DNA of 64,000 nt from assembly GCF_009914755.1 (NCBI RefSeq), contig NC_060929.1. One strand, written 5' to 3'. This DNA comes from the human T2T-CHM13v2.0 reference genome, Homo sapiens. This document shows, one piece after another, positions 40,874 through 57,623 of the stretch. Both the position numbers and the translations under genes were made by a program. Each line of letters opens with the position of its first letter. The first letter of the stretch is position 1. Under the pieces are notes generated by a model. That model searched no databases and had not been told where the DNA came from. It was given only the letters and a program-made list of their open reading frames with translations.

Positions 40874-41660
40874 AAAAACTAGGTATTTTATCATCTGGAA
40901 TTTATCTCAGTAGATTGTGTGAAGTAGGAAATCCTACTTTTTTTTTTTTTTTAGTATGGCTATCTAGCTGTCCCATCAGGAAAACCCATCATTTTCCCTT
41001 CTGATCTGAAATACTTCCATTATTATACACTCAAGAGACTATATGTTTGGGTCTATTCCTGACCTTTATAATCTGTCTATTGATCCATCTATTTATGCCC
41101 CAGGACCATACTGGTTTTATTATTGTAGCTTTATAATTTAGAATTCCTGGTAGATTAGGTTGCCGCTTCCTGACTTTTTTTTTCTATTTGCTAGTTTGTA
41201 TTTGATATGATCTTTAGAATCAGGATGCGTAGCCTCCTCCATCAGCCTGCTCCTGACTATTTGTTATTTTTAGAGATCATGTTAAATTTATAGATTAACT
41301 TAGGGAGAATTGAAATTTTTATGATGTTGCATTTTCCTATCCAAGAACTGATGTGCCTTTCCCTTCACTCAAGTCTTTTTTTGTTTCCCTCAGTAGCATC
41401 TTAAAAAATGTTCTTTATATAGATCTTATATCTTTATATATTTTTATGTCTGTCACTATTCTAAATAAGATTTTTCATTTTATCTCCTATCTAGTTGTTA
41501 TTTGTATATAAAGGCTTTTGATTTCTTGTATCAGTTTTATATCTAGCCATCTTACTGAATTCTCTTATTATGTAAGAGTTTTTCAACTGATTTTCTTGGG
41601 TTCTCTAGATAAATGGTCCCATCATCTGCAAATGGTAGTAATTTTACCTCCTCCCTCCCA
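40874..41660 (-). mobile_element. Ancient L1M ORF2 3' remnant (continuation of the host element)
   Basis: Degenerate ORF2-like text (ccaggaccatactggttttattattgtagcttt; catcatctgcaaat). Confidence 0.6.
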
Positions 41661-44600
41661 GTGTTTTTAACCTCATGTTTCTCTCTGACTTAATGGGAAT
41701 GCTTTTAATATCCCCCTTAACCATTATGACCCCAATTATTTTTTACTTCGTAAAAATCCTTTTCAATTCCTACCAAAAATGATTCTGACCCCATTGTGCA
41801 CCTTAGTCATGGCAAACTTTCCAGTTGCTCCTTGCCAAAACTCAAGAATAAAAGGGCCCAAGCTAGAGAGGCTGTCCTCACAAGCATCAGCTGCTGGGGG
41901 CTTCCACTCATTTTCCTCTGAAACAACAGAGAAAGAGACCATCTCTCATTCGCAGAGCAGCCCAAGGCCTTCTGAGGAGACAGTGAGTCTCCTCTAAGTC
42001 ATTTCTCTCTGCTTTGTAGCAGTGGAGCTACCAAGGGTGAGATGAGCAGGTTGAGAGGCCTCTGAAGCCTGCTGGGCACAATGCTCTGTGATAAGTTTCA
42101 GCTCCACTGGAGCTTATCATCCACCAGCAATCGACTTCATGGCTGCTGCTCAGAGGCTCTAGGTGCTGCGCTGCTCACTGCCCTCACGTCTCTGGGACTT
42201 CCACACATAAAGCCATCTCTTTCCATTGCACTATGGCACTTGTAGGGAGGATCCCACACTTAGGGCCCAAAATGAGACCATTTGAGTCAAATTTCTAATT
42301 GTCTTTCAAATTTTATTATTGGCTGTAGACTTCCAATCATAGTCACATCAGTCATGTTATTTACTGGTATAAAATCCCTAAGCACCAACTAAGTACCAAC
42401 AATCGTGGCCTCATTTGCTGTCTGATCACTCACCTTAGTTTGGGTATTCTGTGAACTTGAATTCTACTGCAAACTATGCAATGCTTGTTATAAGTCATAT
42501 GGACTTAGTTACAATTAGGACAAATTTTTGTTTCTAAAATTAAAAAAATCATAATCTCTGGAAGAGTGCTACTCTTTAGATCTCAAATTCCAGAATTTTT
42601 GAAGTTTTTGTTAGGCTAAAAAGCAGGGACAGCTGACATGAAGACTTTGGTGACATCTGAGTGGAGTCAGAATAAGTAGACAAGGAAACGAACCATTTGT
42701 TCTAACCTTTTTTGCTTTGTTCTTGGTGCTTGAGCATAAGGTGGCAACTTGTATACAATAAAACACCACCACATTTCGTATTACTTTTGTTTGCGTGCCT
42801 GCTGCTTTTATTTCACAGATTCAATGAGGACATTGTGCACATTTGTCAAATCTGCCTGACCTGTTTCATGCACTGAAAGCAGGACGGATCCCATATTTTG
42901 ACTTCAGTACCATGTAAACCTTTATTCTTTAAATGAGCAATGAGACAGAGCATGCAGTTGACTATATATGTGGAATTTTCTCCTTGACAGACTTCATCAT
43001 CTTAAGGGCAAACACTTACCTACAAAACAGTATCCTTGCTGTTTAACAACTGTGTTGTTATAAAATGAAGCCAGTGTGTTGTCTTTGTCTCTAAAGCTAA
43101 AATTTCCCCACCAATCCTTGTCACTTTTCCCCTTCCCACCCCCGCCTCCTCAACAAGCCCTCAGAATAACAGGCAGAGACAGGGCCTGGGCACATGATAA
43201 GTGATCAATACATATTTATTTAGGGAGCAAATGAAGTCTGAAATTCAGTTCAGGCTGACTATGCTTAGTGAGACAATAATTTTGTTACTAATTATAATTA
43301 ATGTTCATTTAAAACATTTCTTCAGTCATCAATTCCAATAAGATAAGCAATACATCTACCCCAGAATAATATTCTAGATATTAGTCAGAAATTACATTCT
43401 CAATCATAGGACATGGTTTTTCATTAATTAACTGAAGCCTAATTAGTTGTCAGTGGACGTGGGACTCAGTGTCATTGATCCAGTCTGAGTGTATCTAAGG
43501 ACAGTCCTCTCCTGAGGGCCTGGTCAGGTGATCAGTTCTAAAATAACAACCAATATGATTCAAGGAGTTTGCACTGACCTTTTCCAGACATTGGCACTAA
43601 ACAGCAGTTACACAAGCAGGTCCAGGGTGTCCCCTTACCCCTGCCTTCTGAGGAGCACAACATGAGTTTTGTCCTTTTAGACATGGGGTCAGGGTGGGGT
43701 GGTTATTCTGTACAAATGTTTTGCTTTTAAGAAGTTTGAAATTTGTTTGTTTTCTGGGCCAAGAACATTTTTTCGTTTTTCTGGTTCTCCATGTTATTCT
43801 CTAAGACAGGTATTAGGAAGTGAAATAAGTCAGCAAAAGTAGAAATAACCTGGAAAAAAATTCATCTGTGGATGAACAGTGACCACTCTTGGATTCTGAT
43901 GCTTTTGTGGTATATTCATCAATAACAAAAAAAAACAAAGACAAACAAAAAACCCTACCCTTCTGAGAATGAACATGAAGGCTATTGTACTATTGTATTC
44001 ATTGACAATTATATCTCCTTGCAGGACTCTGGCTCTCCAGCACCCAGGTTAGGAACTTTCATTAGCAAGGAATCTAACTTGTAACTCTAAGGACTCTCCA
44101 AATGGAGGTTTAAAGAAAGAGCCCTGCTTGCTTTTTTTTTTTTTTTCTTAATTCATGCTCTAGGCTATGATATCAAACAGATTAAAGAGAATAGGAAAGA
44201 AGCACAAAACTATTCTAGCTTGTTGGCAGATTCAGAGAGCTCCATCTTCAAATCCAGCAAGTCCATTTGTATTAAGTGGTGGGGCTGTTAACAGTGTACT
44301 TGCCAAGCCCACTGCCAATTAGACACCACTATCAGCATTTTTCTTTTAATTTAAATAGGCAATTTAGGAACAGCAACTTTGAGAATTTTTTTTTTTTTTT
44401 TTTGCAATTAGAATTCTCTTTTCTTGCCAAGATCGAGTTTGCTTTAAAAGATTTCATCTTCTTTAAAGATCTTTGGTTTCTATTAACTTTGGTGGCTTTA
44501 GCATGATGATCATGTACAAAATCATCGTAGATTGGTTTAATATCATCTTAATCCAAAAGTGCCCTCTGGCCAGAAATTGATAAAGAAAATGATATATTCT

Positions 44601-44863
44601 TGGAGATTCACTAACCACAAGAGTAGTCTGTTTTCTGAATTTTTTTAAGTGTCTGGTTCTGTTGCAAAGAGCATTCTGGAAGGCACATAATAGAAATTAT
44701 TTGATAAAGTAATCTTAGTGGACAATGGCCATTTTGTAGGACCTGGCTTGCTAATCCAGTGGTCATAAAAGGGGAAGAAAATAAGTTATTTGTTGCTAAT
44801 AAAAGATGTTCATTCACTACCAAATTGAAATAGGAATCATTTAGCATGTGGCATTATGTTTAA

Positions 44864-45136
<273 letters not shown>

Positions 45137-45347
45137 TAGGTTTTTGTCATGAGGACCCAAGGTTGGTCAAAGGTCAAGATATTTCTTTTGTTTTTCTGCT
45201 TTACAGGTTCTCAGCCTTGGCTACCTGTTAGCAATCAGCCAGGGTGCTTAAAAAATACTGTTTCCCTGCCTCCACTCCTGAAGATCCTGATTTAATTGAT
45301 CTGGAGATGGGCTCAAACATTTATGTTTTTAGAAATCTCTCTAGATG

Positions 45348-45643
45348 ATTTTTTTTTTTTTGAGACAGAGTCTCACTCTGTCGCCTAGGCTAGAGTGAAG
45401 TGGCATGATCTTGGCTCACTGCACCCTCTGCCTCCTAGGTTCAAGTGATTCTCATGCCTCAGCCTCTCAAGTAGCTGGAATTACAGGCACGTCCACCATG
45501 CCTGGCTAATTTTTGGATTGTTTTAGTAGAGATGGTTTTTGCCATGTTGGCCAGGCTGGTCTCAAAGTCCTGACCTCAGGTGATCTGCCCGCCTCAGCCT
45601 CCCAAAGTTCTGGGATTACAGGTGTGAGCCACCATGCCTGGCC
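45348..45643 (-). mobile_element. AluS inserted in a MER5-like hAT fragment
   Basis: Full dimer; TSD CTCT(CT/CC)AGATGATTTTT. Confidence 0.88.
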
Positions 45644-46081
45644 TCTCCAGATGATTTTTATCAGACTCACAATGTGTTATAATTTGTGGATATGGTGTGT
45701 GTATGTGTGGTAGGTTGGGGATATTCTTTGAACTCTGTGAACAAGTTACCAGCCTTGTTCTGTTTATTCTTGATGCCTGGCACATAATTTGTGATAGTTA
45801 ATGTTTGTTGAATGAATGACCAAAAGAGTAATTCAAGGAAGTGATAAAACTATTCAATGACATTTTTGGGAAAATACCTAGATGATGCCAACAAAAAATG
45901 TTTGTCTCTGCAATTTTTGTGAAAGGAAGTGAGGAATGGAAAGAGGACCATTTTATTATCTTATCCTAGACACAGAGCTGGCACAAGGTTGAGTGGGCGC
46001 AACAAGCGATCGGCTTACCCAGAAACATCTTGTGCTTTTGCCTCGTTTGTAAGATAGTCAGGGCCAGCCTGATGTTTATGA

Positions 46082-46487
<406 letters not shown>

Positions 46488-46833
46488 TGTATCCCCCAAT
46501 TTTAATATGCACACAGATTTCCTGAGGATCTTGTTAAAATACAGATTTGAAGTCAGGAGGGCTGCGGTGGGGTCCGAGAGTCTGAATTTGTAACTAGTTT
46601 CCAGGTGATGTAGATGCTGCTGGTGCAAGGAGCACACTGCACAGCAGATGAGCACTAATAGAGGGTACACCGTGAGGACGTGCCTATGGCACCACGTAGA
46701 GGTAACCAGCCACCGGCATCCACGAAGGCCTTATCATGAGTGAAGTTTTCAGCTGTGGATCTGAAGACACTTCGTGGGGGATTTTGACGTCAGGGGAAAG
46801 AGTCTAGGGTCTGAAATGTGGGGCTTAGCCTAG

Positions 46834-46989
<156 letters not shown>

Positions 46990-47311
46990 TAAGTAGAAGA
47001 AGAAAGCACAAGTGGGCTGATGGCCCAGCAGTAGGGTCTTAGGGTGTGTCGCCTCAGGGTGGCCTCCGCTGAGCATATTCATGGTGCAGTGAACATGTCG
47101 GGATGTGGTCTCAAATATCAATGTGTGCACATCCACACTGTTCGGCTGTGGTTCCCTACCGAGCGATAGTTCATCACTTGGAGCAAGTGTCAATATTTTT
47201 ATTGGAAATATAAGCACAGATGGTTTGGTTAAAACATTGGCTATTTTAAGGTATGATCTCTGGTTCAGTGGGGGAAAAAAAGGGTCCAGTAATTCTTTTA
47301 TTATTTTTCTA

Positions 47312-47673
<362 letters not shown>

Positions 47674-49234
47674 TTATTGAGTTCCTAGTTTCTGGCCACA
47701 GAATCTTGCTTCCGTAGTAGCTCCCGCAAAAGGAAGCATCAAAGAAAAGAAGAGGCAAAGGCGGAGGATAGGGTGGAGGAAACTGCCCTGCAATTTGCCT
47801 GCAAGCTCTGGGGGTTATTTTGCAGAACAAAATGGCAAAATGGGAGAAGGTATGTGAAACTCTTGAAAACTGTAACACACGGGAAACACAGGCTGCTGAT
47901 GGTGCTGCTGTGCCCTGGTGTCGGTGGCTGGCAGGTGCTCCCAAGAAGGCACTGAGCCAGCCAGCAGTGACTTTCACTATTTCCCTGTCACATTGCTACT
48001 TGCCTGTCTGTGGCCAAGCTCAGGTGTTACCTGCTCCTAGTTCTGGCCAAGGCTTCTCTGGACCCTGGCACCCTTTGATCTTACCTGTGTAAAAGAACAG
48101 ATAACTTGTGGGGTCATTTGTCAGCCACTTACTCATCATCATCTTCAAGCAGCAGCCCTGTCTTGTGTATCTTTGAATCCCTCAAATCTAGCATGGGGCC
48201 TGGAACATTGCAGGGGCTAAAAAATATACAAATGAGTGAATTCAGGGAAAAAAATAGATTGAAGAAATAGATTGAGCTTTTCTGTCTTTTGGATTCCTCA
48301 AAACATCAAAAAGAAAATAAATAGACTGGAGGAGGGTAAGAGTTCACAGATAATAACTGATGATAACTGTAATGTGTTTTATAGAATTTTATTTATTATT
48401 AACCTGAAAATCAGGTCATAAATATCAGACAGCTGGGCCTTGCTCCAGAGTGAGGGCTTGTCAGTAGCCACCTCTCTGAAATGAGGTTGAGTAAAGACAT
48501 GAAAAGTGGAATACATTCCCTTGCATTAATCATTTTCTCATCTGTTAAAGGGGAGAGGGAGAGAGTGCTGACTGAATATTAACACTGCTTAAATTAAAAA
48601 TGCTTCCTTGCTGTCTCAGCCATTTCCAAGCAAAATTGAGCAATTCTTGCAAACAAGGTCACCCATCAGCAGTTGAAAGTGCTTTTGGTTCATTTCACTA
48701 AGGTGCTTATAAAAATAGCTAAGGTGAGACAAAAAGAAACCTTCAACCAACCTCTTAAGGGCACCTACTACAGTTCAAAGAGGCCAGAATCTTGCAGACT
48801 GTTGACCGCTAATTATACTCAGTTAATTCCACACTTGGCACTGGCCAGCACTAGCTACCTTGTCATTTAAGAGCTGCACCTCATTTGGTGGCTGTGTCCA
48901 GTAAGGTCAGGAGGCATAGAACTCATGGTTAAAGTTTTGGAGATTTCTTTTTTTGCAAGTTTTGGAAGAAAACTATGCAAATTATGTTTCCTACCTGCTT
49001 CCCTTGTATTTATGAAGAGAAGTCACCTTAAAGGCAGAGACTGCAGCATTTCTTTTTGTCCTACCATTATTCTAGTTATTTCCTGATTCCCGGCTCTTTT
49101 AAGAGTTGCAGTGTACAACATGCATGTTGTATGTATGTGACTGGCAATATGTCAAATGCCTGTTGAGAGTTTGGAGAGTTCTGTGGTGATCTGGTTAAGG
49201 TTAGGGATACAATGAACAGAGTATCTTTAGTTAA

Positions 49235-49531
<297 letters not shown>

Positions 49532-50062
49532 TAAGCGAGCCCTTCCCCTCCCCTCTTCATCAAAATATTATGCTTGGGTGTCCAGGCAGGGCTCTCTGAG
49601 GGACCTGATAAATAGCACCCACTTCCATGCTCAACTTCTGAGCCAACTAAGAAAGAAAACAAGAGTCAAGTATATGGAGATGAAACTCTGACTCTGATTA
49701 CTGAGGAAGCTGATTTTAGAGTGTGTGAATCATACCTGAAGAGGGTTTCTTATATTAAACCCTATTATGAGGCAGACTTACCCAACCAGAGCCTGGGCCA
49801 GGTCAGCTTCCTTGCTCTGCAGGGCAGAGTTGGTGCCTGGAGAAGCAGAGAAGGATGTATGTCTCCCTGGTAGCTAGTGGGTAAGAGATAGGGAAGAGGG
49901 AGGGGCAGCTGGGTTTTGCATCACAGTTTTTCCTTCTGAACTCACCACAGGGTGGAGAGAGACCACAAGGGTAATGCTAAAAGGAGTCCCTCCACAGAGA
50001 AGGAATCAACAGGAGTGAGGAAGAAGTGGATCTCCAACACCTCCCTCCACATTGGTCCATAT

Positions 50063-50255
50063 CGGGGGTTGGCAAACTATAGCCCATAGGCCACATAGAA
50101 CCCGCTGCCTGTCTGTGTAAATAAATTTGCAGAAACACAGTCATGCTCTTTTGTTTATGTATTGTATTACACTACAGTGGCAGAGGTGACAGATGTCTGT
50201 CAAATCCTAGGATATTTACATCTGTCCCTTTACAGAAAAAGTTTGCCAATCTCTG
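50063..50255 (+). mobile_element. MER58A-like hAT-Charlie MITE
   Basis: TIRs CGGGGGTTGGCAAACT / AGTTTGCCAATCTCTG; degenerate 8-bp TSD gtccatat / ttctatat. Confidence 0.75.
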
Positions 50256-52369
50256 TTCTATATTACCTGTATTGTTTGGTTGGTTGATGTGAAAAAGCCG
50301 TTAGCCTGTGTTAGTCTCAGAGCGATCAGGCAGGTATATTATGATCTGAATATGCTCACAGTATGGTTTAATAGAAAGAACACTGGACTAGGAGCCAGGA
50401 ATCCAGTTTGAGGTCTGGCTCCATCCTCAATTAGCCTCCTGTTGGCTGTTTGCCATAAGTGGGTTAACCCTTTGAGCATACCTTAAATCATCTAGCTCAG
50501 CAGGGGACAGTAATGCCTGGCTTGCTACCTTGTGGGGCTGTGAGGATCACATGAAATCAGGTACAGGGAAGAGCTTAGGAACGGTAAAGTATCATACAAA
50601 TGTGAGGCATTATTCAAATGTAATCCTTTAAAAAGAAGCCTTCAATGCTTGCAAGTTCCCAGAAAAGGCCCACAGATTGGGATTTTGCATATCTCTGGCT
50701 GCACATTTCTCCCTGCATCCTACTTGACAGTTTGATTCTCTGAGATGGTTCATAAGGACACCATCTCCAAGCACTACTTAAAGTCACGTTTCGTCAAGTC
50801 AGAGCAATTATGATTAATTGATATTCAGTGCTGTGCAATGCATAAGGACCCAGCCCCTACCCAGAGTTTGAAATCACTCAAACTCAGTTTACAGTTAGTA
50901 GATTCAGAGCTGAAACTACATATTAATTTCATGAAAATGTCTGTACACCCTCAAATCTTTAAAAAGCCCACACCAAGGGCTAACCTCCAATAACAAATTC
51001 CTAGGCTCTAGAAGACAAAATTATGTATTTTGTTGACCAGTTCAACCTACAGCTTTGGCCTTTGGCTCTTTCAGGCTTGGAGTGGGTGCCATAGATTCTG
51101 GGAGAAAGAGTGTGTCCCTTTGTGTGGTCTCAGCACTGACAGGTAGGGTCTCAGGGCCCTCATGTCATCTTTCGAGGGCTTCACATGGGGCACCCTGGCC
51201 TCTGGGACTCTGAGAACGCTCCTGTGGCAGCCCCTCCTGTCTTCTACTTTTTCTGGTTTAATGATTTTAAAAAAACCTACATCACTCTTGATTCTACTCA
51301 CAGAATCTAGGTTTTCAGATGTCACAATTGGGAAGGAGGCGTGAAGATCATCTCAGGAGAGTCTGCTGGTTTCCTTCCTGTCCATTCCTAAACTTGCCAT
51401 GCTAGCTCAAGGCTTCCGCACCTCCTCTGCAGTTTCAGCAGCAGCCACCCAGCCTGCACCCTCACTTCTAGTCTCTACCCACTCGCAACTGGGAAATATT
51501 TCTAAAACATCATTTTCATCATGTCCCTGCCTTTTCTGCTCAAAAATCTACAAACATCTACAGTGGTGTCAGAACTTGGGTGGGACCACCTGCAGGACAC
51601 AGTGAAGAGGTGCAGCCAGGAAGAATGTGGCCAGTCTGGGGCAAGGAGTCCTGAGGGGAGTTACCACCAGAGTCCAAAGGGGTCTGGGCTGAGTGTGGGC
51701 CAGAGGTGGGACTCAAGGGAGTAAGGGTCCTCAGTCCACCAGGAGGAGGGGAGGCAGTTCCAAGATCGTGCAAGTGTTTAGAGCCAGGCTTCTGGATGAT
51801 TATTTTTTGAAGAGACCAGCCAGGTCTCTGTTCAAAGCCAGCCAGGCAGAGAGTCAGGCCCCACGCAGGCAGGCTTGGCTTCAGGCCAGAGTTGAGGTTA
51901 GTGGAATGTGTGCTCGGCCAGAAATGGAGACAGAAGCAGGGCTGGTCAGGTTCTGTGTCCTGCAGAACTGGTGGAGACAAGGATTCAGGGAATACCTTTC
52001 CCTACTTGGCCTCCAGGTAGGGATTGGCTCAAGGAATGACCAACGCTGGGCCTGTAGGGACCGGGGACCTTCCAAACAGGGGAGGAGAAATGACACATTT
52101 AGGCATTCAGAACCCTCCAGACCAGCGTTATGCAATAGGACCTTCTGCAATAATAGAAAAATGGTGCCACACGTGGCTATTAAACACTAGAAGTGTGGCT
52201 GGTAGGACTGAAAAACTGAATTTTAAATTTTGTTTAACTTTAATTTTTTTTTTCATTCGACAAATGTTTATTGAGTACCTGTCCTGTGCCAGGTTATCTT
52301 TTAGGCACTAGGGATACACCAGAGTACCAAACAGATCAAGAGTTTCTGTTCTGTGTGTGTGACAGTATA

Positions 52370-52618
52370 TACAGTGGTGCAAACATGGCTCCATGCATCC
52401 TTGATCTCCTGGGCTCAAGCAATCCTCCCACATCAACCCCTCTAAGTAGCTAAGGCTATAGGCACGTGGCACCACCCCCAGCTAACTTTTGTATTTTTAG
52501 TAGAAACAGATTTTCACCATGTTACCCAGTCTGTCTCTAACTCCTGACCTCAAGGTATCTGCCTGCCTTGGCCTCCCAAAGTGCTGGGATTACAGGCCTG
52601 AGCCACCACACTCAGCCC
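52370..52618 (-). mobile_element. AluJ-like, partial
   Basis: Diverged Alu in reverse orientation lacking a clear tail. Confidence 0.75.
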
Positions 52619-55252
52619 AGACCAAGAGTTTTACCTTCATGAAGCTAATAGTCTACTGACAAAGATAAGAAGAGCATGTTTTAATATATAATAAATGATG
52701 TCATTATTTTATATCATTTATTCAACAATTAGTATTATGCATTCATTCTTACATTTAAATAAACATGTCAACGTTACTTACGGATCAATAAAATTTAAAA
52801 ACTAGGATATTTTATTTTAATTTAATATGTAGCCCCATTTTCTCAGCTATGCAAGGTTGATAAAATATATATGAAAAGTGTGATATGTCTCATGTTTATT
52901 CAAATGTAAGAATACATAGATTCATATAAGCTGCACAAAACATAAAAAATGCAGGTATTTTCCAATCTAGAAATGGTTAATTTGCTAACAACCTGTACAT
53001 ACTAATGATCACTACAGCTCCCATTTTCTCCAACCTTAATGCCTCCTTATTCCCAACTCTTTGGTTTGCACTTGCCCTTTGGTTCTTCTCTGCTGTCGGA
53101 CTGTTCACCAACCATCCATTTATTCATTGCACAAATATGTACTAGGAACCACTGGAGTGAGACCCTCTAGAACTCCTTCACCCTTGTCTCTCAGGACTAG
53201 GGCCTCTTGGAAGTTGAAAGAGACCCAAGACTCTTCTACTAATTGGGAACTCTCAAAATACTATTATAAAAAATAAAGAAATGCCAGTTAACAGGGTTAT
53301 TAAAATTTACTCTAAGGACTTACATTTCACATAGTAATTCTTTTAACAGACACAATTGCAATGACAAAGGCAATGACTTTATATATGCCCATATCTGAAA
53401 GAAATGTCAAAAATTCAAATTTATAAAGCCCTCTGTGAAATATGAGGCCCTATTCAAATGGCCCTCCTGGTCTTGTCTGTCACCTTTTCCTTCTTGGCTG
53501 CTGGCACCTTCCTATCTCATTGTCAAGGAGAAGCCACCACACTATCTCCACATCTGAGTATCTCTATCCCATTCTCCACCATTAACTTTAATTTTAATGG
53601 AAGTGGCCACACATGTCTAGTGGCTACTATATTAGACAGGGCAAGTCTAGAGCCTGGCCCCTGACTTACTTATCCACGTAACATCCTAAAAGTCACCCCC
53701 ATGTCCTGTCCAAACCCAACAGGCCAATGGTGATGTTCTCTGCCACATACGGACTTCTTCAGCCACCTTACCATCACTGCTGCTGCCCTTACTGTGTGGA
53801 TTTTTCTCCTTCTTTTTCACCTATTCAAGTCCTGCCTGTCCTTTCTGGCTGAGTGTGAGCCCTGTGCTCCCAAAGCCTTCTGTAAGAGCCCAGCTCACAC
53901 TGCCAGTCCCCATCATTGCTACCTGAAACGTTTAGTCTGTCTTGCAGGTTCCAGAACATCATAGTATTCTGGCATCTCTCTCATTAGCAAGGCATTGAAA
54001 AGGTCCTTTATCAACTCAAAAGTCTCACTTATCTCCCCACCACCGTGAACCTCTGCCCTTCCACGTGAGCTTCTTTCTGCAATGAAGTTGCCAACTTGCC
54101 ATCCCCTAAATACTTGCACTTGAGCTTCTGAGCCTTAAGACAGTTGTTGCAAGTCTTGAAGATCCTCAGCCCTCCCTGCCAGACCCGTCGCTTACCCAGA
54201 TTCTTAGGTCCAAACTGCCCTGGTGTTGCTGTGCTCCCACCCCTCCAGCCTACACATCCGTCGACCTTTCCCTCATCTCTCTTCTTCCATCTCTCATTCC
54301 ACTCCTTCCGCTACTTTCAGGGCCCCATTCTCAGTTTCTAAGACTACTGGGAGAAAACCCCAAACTTGTGTTACTTTTTTACATAGAGCAATTTAGCTTT
54401 TCTGGTCAGCAGTTTCTCCTTTCCAGCCTGGCCTTGAACCTTTCCCTTCACAACCAAAACAGCTTCATTAAATGTGTCTAGTAAACACTTGAAGATCTAC
54501 ACCCTGAGAGGCATTCCCAGCCGTGGTCCGAGTTTCAAATGTGGGCAGTTTTTCCTTCCTGCTCCATACAGTATGGGATCCCAGAGGGCAAGGACAGCAC
54601 TTCATGTCCTTCACATGCCCCAGAGTGCCTAGTAAAGTGCTGGATACATGGATATGCACAAGGAATAGTTGTTGAGTTGAATGTGTCTGAATTAAAGAGA
54701 GGAATCAAAGGCAACCCCGCTGGTGGCAAGGCTGCAGAAAACCTTGAGAAAATGAAAAGGAGAGTTGGTTTGGGGAAGGGGGAGCGGAAACAAAGGATGA
54801 AGTTGGCAAAATAATGAAATATTCCTTAAACTTCATAAAGGCCTTTATGTAAGTTACCTATAAAATTTTAAAACTGTAAAATTAATACATTGTATGGAAG
54901 GCAAGCTTACGGTACTTTTAAAAATACATGGCAGCCTCAAAGGAGTTTTATTCAAAAGAATGACACGCCATGAATGCGGTAGTTAAAACATGTGGGCAGC
55001 TGGGAGAGAATTAGAATGTGGAGATAAATCACAAGGGAGGCATATGTTGGCTATTCTGGGACTGCCTCCTAATGTAGGAGGAGCAAAATTATTAAACATG
55101 CTCATCTGTTGGGATAAGCTCTGCATTTTAGCATCTAGAAGAAATCTAGTGAAGTATTTGGGACAGCATTATTGCAACTCCTTATTGTGAAGTGGAGTTA
55201 ATAACTGAAGAATTGGTTATTCCCAAGTGACTTTCCTTTTCAAATGCCTTGA

Positions 55253-55540
<288 letters not shown>

Positions 55541-56150
55541 TCCTTGGCTTTCAGAATTTGCAAGAACAGCGATTTGAATTTTGGGGGGGTCTGCTGTTCA
55601 TTCCTTTAGGTGCTATACATTATTCAAAAAGTCTCCCGCGCATTTGCACTAATGATGGCTGCATGCATAGCAATCAGCATGTGAGCAAAATCGACAAGAA
55701 AACCTTGACTTTACAGAGCAGTGTGTGAGTAAACAGAATGAAAACAACAACCTCCACTCTTTAGTTTATATAAGTTTGAGTTCTTTCCTAAATTAAAAGA
55801 TCTACACTTGAGTTGGGAACCGAAAGAGAAAAATGGACTTCCATCTGTTTTACTGGTAAAGGAAATCCTCTGATGGACAGGTCAGAGTGAAGGAAGGTTG
55901 TGCTGGTAAGACATCTCTGACGAAGAGCCATGGATGCTTTCCACAAAATGTCACCTCGCTGCACTAAAGGATGATGAATCCTAATCATTAAAGGAATTGT
56001 TTCAGCTGATTTAAATTTATAATGAACTCTTTTGTAATAATGTATACTGTAGAACATGAGTCTCTCCTCCCTAAAATTTTAAATGTAGAAAAGTGCTATA
56101 TATTAGAAATTTCCATTTTGTTAAATAAATGGTTAGAGTCTATAAAGCCA
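55541..56150 (+). other. CMYA5: CMYA5 3'UTR (end approximate)
   Basis: Follows the stop codon; AU-rich; ends shortly after AATAAA at 56124. Confidence 0.7.
56124..56129 (+). terminator. Probable CMYA5 polyadenylation signal AATAAA (weaker ATTAAA at 55792 and 55987)
   Basis: First canonical hexamer I found after the stop; GU/U-rich sequence (tgttatgtg) follows at ~56155. Confidence 0.7.
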
Positions 56151-56514
56151 GTCATGTTATGTGAACTTACTCCATGTAACTTACTGGCCTGGCATCTCTG
56201 GAGCAGGACAAACTGCAGAGTAAAACTCATTACACTTCAGTGCAGTGCACTACTATTGATTTTCCTGTGAGAATTTTACACACACACACACACACTTTAA
56301 AATCTAATCACTCTCAGACCATAGTTATAGTCAATTAACAGAAGCTGGGAATCTATTTTTACTAAAATTAAGTGGTCATTTTAAGATATTATGTTGAATC
56401 CCTCAAAATCTTTCTAAAATATGTGTGCAAAGTGGATAAATCTAGAATGTATGTCAAGATGATTGTGCTTGTCTTCTATAATGTAAATGTGTTGATCATA
56501 CTTGTAGTTTTTAA

Positions 56515-56843
<329 letters not shown>

Positions 56844-57191
56844 AGATATTTTCTTGAATTGAGAAATAATATCCTTCTTTCTGAATATATTCTAAAATCT
56901 CTTGTTTAATAGCTAGAAAATCTGAACTGGATCTGTAACTGCCTTACTAGAGCCCTTGGAGGCCATTACCACCCTGATTGCAGTTCCAGCAGTTGCTGGC
57001 AAGATGGAGTCTTGGTGAAACTGGAGAAGTAACTTGCCGCTTTGTGGAGAATGTTAGTTTCACTTTCTCAATCCTTGAAAATGTTATCCTCAGGTTCTGA
57101 CTGCTCAGCCAGCCGTGCTCATTATTACTGGTTGTTGTTGTTGTTGTTGTTGTTTTGGTGTGAATGTGTAACCAAGTGAATTTTAGAATTT

Positions 57192-57623
57192 ATCTCAGTT
57201 TGGCTTTCTCCAAAAGTAGACCAACTGCAAGGCTCAGTGCCTGTTGTTTACCTAGGAGGTGATTCCAGGAAGAACATTTGAGGAAGTGGGTAAAGTCATT
57301 AAAGGACATGTGTTATGAGTGGGTTATTACCACTGTGGGCAGCTGGGCTCTCCTGTGCCAGAGGACCCTCTGGAAACCACACAGAACATGCCAGAAGCTG
57401 ACACTCAACTCCTGTCCAACCCCTATTGTTGAAGGTGGCCTGGAGTCATTCCCATCCCCCAACTTTCCAAGCTGCATTTCCTGGTCCTGAGAAAGCCCTC
57501 ATCAAGAGTAAATGAGAAACACAGACACCTGAGAAGGTATGTCGAAAACTGTCTAATGCAACTGCGCATGCACCCTCGCTAGCCGCGGGTGAAGGGGACC
57601 AAGTGCCAGCAGCATCTGCCGTC
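57192..57623 (-). mobile_element. ERVL LTR (LTR33-like)
   Basis: GGAGGTGATTCCAGGAAG...TTACCACTGTGGGCAGCTGGG...AGCATCTGC resembles recalled LTR33 reverse consensus. Confidence 0.55.

Noticed and set aside
43538-43547. MEF2 site (CTAAAATAAC)
   Set aside because: One base short of the YTA(W)4TAR consensus
51693-52190. 165-aa + strand ORF and overlapping minus-strand ORFs
   Set aside because: Non-ATG start, no recognisable domain, runs into a MER3-like repeat; intronic chance ORF
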